Assembly (NCBI GenBank): GCA_964016885.1
Contig: OZ024758.1
Location: 6,386,001-6,450,000 of the forward strand
Direction: 5' to 3'
Source of the DNA: Eledone cirrhosa
Lineage: Eukaryota
DNA length: 64,000 bases
In this document: one piece after another, positions 56,153-64,000 of the stretch
Layout of the letters: each line of letters opens with the position of its first letter
Numbering within the stretch: the stretch's first letter is position 1
Notes under the pieces: generated by a model
Database searches by the model: none
The model's input: the letters and a program-made list of their open reading frames with translations, nothing else
What the model was told of the DNA's origin: nothing
Program-made: the position numbers and the translations under genes

Positions 56153-56273
56153 CACATATATATATATATATATATACATAGATAAATACGCACAAACACA
56201 CACACACAGCAAGAATAATGTTTGTGTGTGTCTAAGTGATGAGTTTTGTTACACTGGAATTAGGTTTAGCTGT

Positions 56274-56397
<124 letters not shown>

Positions 56398-56600
56398 TCG
56401 TCATATGTGTGTGGATACAGGTGTGTGTGAAAAAATAAGGAAGTTGAAGTTCAAATGAATACTCAATACAAATTATTTGTAGGTAATCTGTAAAGAATGT
56501 ATTGCTCTCAATGTTACAGTGAAATGGGAATTTCTGTGCTTAAGATGAAACACACACACTCTCATACGCACATTATATATACACACACACACATACACAC

Positions 56601-56689
<89 letters not shown>

Positions 56690-56819
56690 GCTGAGAGAGA
56701 GGGGGAGAAAGAGAGAGAGTGTGAGTAAGAGAATAAGGATGAGTCGAAGTTTGGTGTAAATGTTTTTAGGTCTTTATTAAGAAAGCTGTGATGCATATTT
56801 CAATGTATATATATACTTT

Positions 56820-56909
<90 letters not shown>

Positions 56910-58223
56910 AAACAGAAATAAGAAAGCAAACGACACAGTACAACGTTCCTACCACTAGTTACCAATGAGGACCATTGCCAGCCACGGTAGCCACTTGGTA
57001 ATACACTGCACATCTCCCGTCAATCTATGAAGGGTTTGAAGTAGATTAGAGAAAAACACAATCAGTAAAACATTAATGGAATGAAAATATAGTTAAAGCC
57101 TTAAGATGCCCCTTCCTTACGTTATACACTTCAATCACATCGAAACTGTTTTAATAAGTTAAAATTTTAAACACTTTCTATTCAGACGTACGTTCCGCGA
57201 TACAGACAGACTTGAGAAGAAGGACAAACATTGGTATGAGAGATATAGAGGAAGAAATAAAAATGTCCCCTTGATATACATCTAGAAACCACCTAGCTAT
57301 ATTCCAGAAACCAAACACAGATACGTACATAACCAGATTTTATAATAACCAACACACCGATACTCCTGTCTGTCGCAGAGAGAGATAGAAACAGAGCGAC
57401 TCTGGGAGTGAAAACACGTGACGAAGAGAGAAAGAATAGAGAAAGATTGAAGGAGAAATAAAAACAGAATTTAATATAACAATATGGCAGCAGTTAAAAG
57501 AAATTTTTTTTTTTTTGGCTTTTGCTTTTCAGAAAAACTTTTCAATTGTATGTGTTTCATTTTTCCCCAATCCTTTCAGTGGCTAAAATTAGCAGGAAAT
57601 TGTGTAGTTTTTTTAAATTTTTATGGTCGCAATATATTAATATTTTAGGCTGTATGTTAAGTAAGCTACTTTTGGAAAAGAGAATTACGATAGCTTTCAC
57701 TTTGCAATGATCAAAGTGTTTCTTTTACCCATATAAGATTGCAAATAAGTAAATGTCTAAAGATTTATATAAAAATGGTTTCAACGACAGAATTACATAT
57801 AGTAAAACTACGCTGAGAAAATAAAAGAAATATTTGGTTAAATCCATCCAGTAAACTAAGTTGCCACTTCAACGAGAGAATTACATATACTAAAATTACA
57901 CTGTAAAAAACAGCTGGTTTAATCCACCATACAAACTAAACGTTCCCACGGCTGCAGCAATTTTAAATCTACTTTAAAAAAAACATCAATCAACATAGAT
58001 ATTCAAAGAATTGTCAATACGAGTATTATAAAGATCTCACATTTCACTACTCCTCATGGTGCCAAAACTATTGGTTCCTCTAATATAATAAGATATAACC
58101 AAATTAACCCTATCCTTTCTAATAATTGAAATTGCAGCAATATATTCAATTGGCTAACGATGGATGTAGCTATAAAAGCAGCTTGCTTCGAGAAACTTCG
58201 AGTACTTAGCAAGTTTGCTAACT

Positions 58224-58413
58224 GGTGGTGGATTGGCAGTATCGGTAGAGGGTCGGACGCCATGCTTTGACTCATAGAGTTACGGCCCTTGCCATTCTGA
58301 GTTCAAATCCCGCCGAGGTTAACTTTGCCTTTCATCCTTACGGGGTCGATAAAATAAAGTACCAGTAATGCACTGTATAATTGCTGGCCGTGTGCCAAAA
58401 GTAGAAACAATTA
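58224..58413 (+). mobile_element. Meta-domain-like SINE, full length
   Basis: Complete copy of the major SINE. Confidence 0.9.
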
Positions 58414-58422
58414 TATATATAT

Positions 58423-58457
<35 letters not shown>

Positions 58458-60344
58458 AATGAAACAGGTCTACTCATGTACAAGTCATTTCTATATATAT
58501 ATTAATAAACATATATGATATAGATGAATTATTTCTTAATATCACCGACTAATATTTTCTTTATGTAGAATACAATGCCGTATCTAGGAGTCTTGAATGA
58601 TATCGAATGCTTTTTAGAAAACAATTTAAGCCATATTAAGTTTAGTTGTCCTCTTTCCATCGTATTTGATAATCGTTCGGTTCACTAATAGCCGTTCTTT
58701 AAGACATACATTTTAGGTCACCATTTTCTGATCCTCGTGTCTTATACAGTATTATTGTAGTATAAGGCGGTGAATTGGTAGTATTGGTAGAGCGTCGGGC
58801 AATATTCTTTGCGACATACAATTACGTCCTTTTAAGTTCTGAGTTCAAATCTCACCGAGATTAGCTTTGAATTTCATTCTTAAACTATATTACCAGTGAT
58901 AAACTGGGATCGATTTAATTGACCCCCCCCCCCCCCCCTCCCAATTGGTAGCCTTTTGCCTAAATCAGAAAGCGTGGATTGGCAGTATCGGTAGAGGGTC
59001 GGACAACATGCTTTGCAGTAAAGAGTTACGGCCCTTTATGGTCTGAGTTCAAATCCCGCCGAGGTTAACTTTGCCTTTCGTCCTTACGTTGTCGATAAAA
59101 TAAGTACCAGTAATACACTGGAATAATTGCTGGCCTTGTACCAAAAGTAGAAACAATTATTTTTATTGTTCTTTAGATGTGAAACCATTCTGTTACAATG
59201 TGTGAATGTAGGGAAGCTTTTAGAGCAAGAATGTTATAAGCCTGTAGATTTTTGGTATATTTCCTGTTTAGGAACTAATGTCCTTGTCTCGCCAGCAACT
59301 AGGTGTTGACTCTCGTCTGCCTGTCACTCCATTAAATGTTACTGCTAAATAACCATGGTTATTCATCAAGTGAACGCGGTGAATTGGCAGAGTCGTTAGA
59401 ACTTCGGATAGAAGGCTTTATGGTAGTGTTTCTCTCTGTTCTTTGAATTCAAATGCAGCCGAGGTCAACTTTGCCTTTCATTCATTTAAGGTCGATAAAA
59501 AAAAAATACCAGTCAAGTAGTGGGTAGATTTTCCCTCTATATATTACACTCTAATTTCCATTATATTACTCTCTATCCTTCTCTGTAAGAAATCTTCTGT
59601 ATTCAGACCTGGAGAGGAGATTGGCTCCGCCAAGTTTAATAATTGTTTCTATTTTTGGCACAAGGCTAGTAATTATCTCAGAGCATTACTGGTACTTTAT
59701 TTTATCGACCCCGTAAGGATGAAAGGCAAATTTAATCTCGGAGGGATTTGAACTCAGTTTGTAAAGGGACGTAACACTATGCTGGAAAGCATGGCATCCG
59801 ACCCTCTACCGATAATGCCAATCCACCACCAAGTTTAATAATGCTCTAGAAATGGCGGATATCTCTACGGTGCTCCTACGTTTCCTCGGAAGTTACAGGT
59901 CCATACAGGTCCATACATACTTCCATCAGACAATTCAACCAGAAATTGACAAACTTTTCACGCTCAGTTGCTATCTAATGTACTGCAGTTGTCAATGTGT
60001 TGGTGAGCTTCTTTGCTGATAATGGCGAGCTACGAATGCGGTATTTTATGCGTTTTTTTTTATCTCTTTTCCTTCTAATCCTTTGTACATTTTTGCGATA
60101 ATTGTCCTTGCGACAGATTTCCTCTCAATTTGCTTAAATCTTTATTGGATTTTTTTAGGGTAGTGGATAGGAATTGGTGAGTATTTTAATGTTGTATGAG
60201 TGCGAGTATATGTGTGTCTGTGTGTATGTGAGAGTATGCGTATGTGAATATATGTGTCTGTGTGTATGTGAGCGTATGTGTGTGTGAGTTATATGTGTAT
60301 CTGTGTGTATGTGATCATATGTTTATGTGTATATGTGTGTGAGC

Positions 60345-60388
<44 letters not shown>

Positions 60389-60503
60389 ATGTGCGTATGT
60401 CTGTGTCTGTGTGTGCGCGTATGTGTGTGTCTGTGTGCGTATGTGTCTCTGTGTGTGTGTGCGTATGTGTGTCTGTGTGTGTGCGTATGTGTGTGTGTAT
60501 GTA

Positions 60504-60597
<94 letters not shown>

Positions 60598-61084
60598 TGT
60601 CTTGCGATTCAAGGGATGACAATTTCTTTTCTTTTACAACTTTGCCACCAGGAAGGTGGCCGGTCAAAAATGTACTCGAAATTCAGAGAAAGAGAAACAC
60701 ATGTACATACATACATACATACTTTCATACATACATACATACATACATACATACATACATACATACACAGATAAAGAGTGAAATATTTCCATTGATTAGA
60801 TTGTGAATGTCATTTTAAAACCCTTTGACAAATTATAACGTATATATTTTTATTAAGAACTTAATTGTATATGTGTGATGGCCTGTTGTATCAAGTAATT
60901 AGATTTGCGAAGGGGCGGTAGAAATTTATCTAATCTACCTTTCGACAACTTATTGATTTCTTTAAACTAATGAAGTCCCACTTTTCAACCTTTCTCTTTC
61001 TAATTCGCACATTTCCATGGAGGTTTTGTTTAACCACCATGAAGCACTGCGATGATTAAATAATTAACGTATCGTTATTTGAGA

Positions 61085-61367
61085 GAGAGAACATGTGTTG
61101 GAGATTAGAGAGATGCTCCAGGTAGAACCACAATTTCTCTGAATTGAGAGATCATAGGTCCGATATTATAGATTATATGGTTAGATCGCTGGAAAGATTT
61201 TACGAGTAAAACCAACCAGCAGGAGACTAATGAGTAGACACTGAGAAACATGGTTAGATTACATGCGGGAGCTCTGCTGATCTCGCTTGGAGATCCAACC
61301 AGATCAATTGGATACAGTTGCTTCCGACAGGACCTGCTGGTAGGAATTTTTGAGGACTCTTTCTCTC
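61085..61367 (+). mobile_element. RTE-like LINE 3' fragment
   Basis: 'EIREMLQVEPQFL*IERS...KPTSRRL.SR....W', homologous to the element at 63240-64000. Confidence 0.65.
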
Positions 61368-61576
61368 AAAATATAACAATATCTGTTTCAATACATGTTT
61401 TCAGATAAGAAATCTTGCAAAACAGATAAAAAACGAAGTACATATGTATCTATCTAGGGCGGGTAAAATTCCCGAGATCCATGGACCAGTTCTCTCCAGC
61501 GGTCTGTCATTTATCATTGCCGTCATGCCCTGCGTGTCCCAAAGATCACTGCCTGTCCTTAGGGCCTCACAGTATG

Positions 61577-61607
<31 letters not shown>

Positions 61608-61958
61608 ATGTGTGTGTGTGTGTGTGTGTGCATGCGCGCGCGTGTGTGTGTGTGTGCCTAAATATATATATATATAATAGTGAAAGTAAAGGATCGACAG
61701 CGAAAAGAGGTAGCTAGACAAAACCACACAAGATCCCGGTCGATCCTGTACTTTCACCTATACACCCACACCATACCCTACGTCGAGTACTTCTCTGCTT
61801 CGGGGTCTCCCCGGTTCCCATTCCAAAGAGAGAGATAGTCTTTGGAATGGGAACCGGGGAGACCTAATAAAACCAATTCAAACCAAACAATGAGTGTGTT
61901 TTATTATTATTTCTGACCCTCCCCAGATTTAACAATATATATATAAATATATATATAT

Positions 61959-62309
61959 ATAGGAAAATGTTTGACCCCGACGGCAGAGCTCAAGCCGTTT
62001 CGACGGCTATTTCTGGACTGTAGCCACTCTACTACCGAAGTATTGAGTGCGTTATGGTTCATCTGGTTCCTTACCACACCTCCTTTGTTATATATATATA
62101 TATATATATATATTTATTAAAATAACAGATTAAAGTTTAAGCAAAGAATCGCTGCTTTCACCCTTAACGGGATCTTCTGAAGCAGCGATTCTTTGCTTAA
62201 ACTTTAATCTGTTATTTTAATAAATATTTGCTCTACGGTTCTTATATATTTGATATATATTTTCCTTATCGAGCCCTCTTTGGATTTTAGTCTTCAATTT
62301 TATTATTAT

Positions 62310-62313
<4 letters not shown>
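61959..62313. mobile_element. Adjacent family A (61959-62089) and family B (62110-62313) copies in (TA)n
   Basis: Direct sequence match to the other copies; separated by a TA tract. Confidence 0.75.
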
Positions 62314-62382
<69 letters not shown>

Positions 62383-62755
62383 CAGATTAATAGTTATATA
62401 TGACATGGAGAAAAATGATAGAACGTTGCAATAAAATATTCCTTAAATTTTCTAAAAAGAAGTACTACTGTGCGTTATGTTACTGAAATAAATACGCTCC
62501 GAAAGCTAGATTAGTTCAATTTCCCTCTCAACGTTGCAAATCTAATTGTTTTATCGGACTGGCTCAGTAAGGTATATTCTTTCATGTGGAATCTATTCCA
62601 TTCTAATTCTATCTGCCAACCTTTTAAACTACTTCATCTCTATGATAGGATGTTGATAGTTTTTTTTTAATGATATCCTATAGATATCGTATAGATATCC
62701 TGTTATAATGACAATGAAGAACAGAGGATATAAATAATACAAATATATACACCAC

Positions 62756-62756
62756 C

Positions 62757-62788
<32 letters not shown>

Positions 62789-62962
62789 CGTCTTCTTCTT
62801 TGTCTCCTCCTTCTTCTTCTTCTTCTTCTTCTTCTTCTTCTCCGCCCCTCCCTTTTCTTCCCTTTCTTCTTCTTATACTTCTTCTTCTCCGTCTCCTCCC
62901 CCTTTTTCTTCTTCTTCTTTGTCTCCTCCCTCTTTTCCCCTTTCTTCTTCTTCTTCTTCTTC

Positions 62963-62998
<36 letters not shown>

Positions 62999-63035
62999 TC
63001 CTTCTTTTTTTCTTCTTCTTATCATTATTATTATT
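62756..63035. repeat. Compound (TTG)n-(CTT)n-(TTA)n low-complexity tract
   Basis: Direct reading. Confidence 0.95.
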
Positions 63036-63223
63036 GGTGGATTGGCAGTATCGGGAGAGGGTCGGACGCCATGCTTTGCAGCATAGAGTTACGGCCCTTT
63101 ATGATTTGAGTTCAAATCCCGCCGTGGTCAACTTTGCCTTTCATCCTTACGTGGTCGATAAAATAAAGTACCAGTAATGCACTGGGATAATTGCTGGCCT
63201 TGTGCCAAAAGTAGAAACAATTA
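63036..63223 (+). mobile_element. Meta-domain-like SINE
   Basis: Near full-length copy of the major SINE. Confidence 0.9.
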
Positions 63224-63239
63224 TTATTACGATTATTCT

Positions 63240-64000
63240 TCGCCCACTTATTTCTGTGAAGGTCACGGATGGAGAGTCTACAAACGTTGATTCCAGAGTG
63301 TCCTGTAAGATGCCACCGTCTCCAGTTGATCCGACTCGATCCCCAAGAGAGATCAACCGAACTCATCGATTGTTATTCAATCATCTTGTTAGGGGTCTAC
63401 TCCTGGGTCTCCTGCCGGTTGGTTTCGCCTGTAAAATCTGTCCAGTGACTCGTTCCTGAGACATTCTAACCACATGTCCCTAGTATCGGAACTGTGATCG
63501 CTCAATTCGGAGAAGTATCAACTCTACCTGAAGCGACTCTCTGATCTCTGAGCTAGAAATCTGTCCAGTGACTCGTTCCTGAGACATTCTAACCACATGT
63601 CCCTAGTATCGGAACTGTGATCGCTCAATTCGGAGAAGTATCAACTCTACCTGAAGCGACTCTCTGATCTCTGAGCTAGAAATCTGTCCAGTGACTCGTT
63701 CCTGAGACATTCTAACCACATGTCCCTAGTATCGGAACTGTGATCGCTCAATTCGGAGAAGTATCAACTCTACCTGAAGCGACTCTCTGATCTCTGAGCT
63801 AGAAATCTGTCCAGTGACTCGTTCCTGAGACATTCTAACCACATGTCCCTAGTATCGGAACTGTGATCGCTCAATTCGGAGAAGTATCAACTCTACCTGA
63901 AGCGACTCTCTGATCTCTGAGCTAGAAATCTGTCCAGTGACTCGTTCCTGAGACATTCTAACCACATGTCCCTAGTATCGGAACTGTGATCGCTCAATTC
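63240..64000 (-). mobile_element. RTE-like LINE 3' end containing a 123-bp tandem array
   Basis: 'EIRESLQVELILLRIERSQFRY*GHVVRMSQERVTGQILQAKPTGRRPRSRPLTR'; identical 123-bp units start at 63434, 63557, 63680, 63803 and 63926. Confidence 0.85.

Noticed and set aside
63434-64000. Regular repeat array as possible CRISPR
   Set aside because: Units are identical end to end with no unique spacers, they translate to RTE LINE sequence, and the context is eukaryotic.

Overview
AT-rich, microsatellite-dense eukaryotic non-coding DNA with one 200-N assembly gap (20531-20730). The SINE repertoire suggests a cephalopod (Octopus-like) genome; this is inferred from recognisable SINE motifs, not from a search. 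No intact protein-coding gene can be supported, and nearly all listed ORFs are microsatellite or repeat artefacts. The window is a mosaic of tRNA-derived SINEs (Meta-domain-like and CORE-like), decayed LINE fragments (R4/Dong-like, CRE-like, RTE-like, Tx1-like) and mariner-like MITEs. The main unexplained signal is about 15 complete or near-complete minimal type-I hammerhead ribozyme (HHR) motifs, plus several half motifs, from roughly nine families that look unrelated outside the core. Three HHRs carry the U3:A8 covariant core. Most lie in short non-coding elements beside (TA)n tracts. Three families share an 'inverted arm + ~80-90 nt tail' layout, matching Penelope-like element (PLE) pseudo-LTR insertions. 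All structures were read by eye; no folding, alignment or database search was run.
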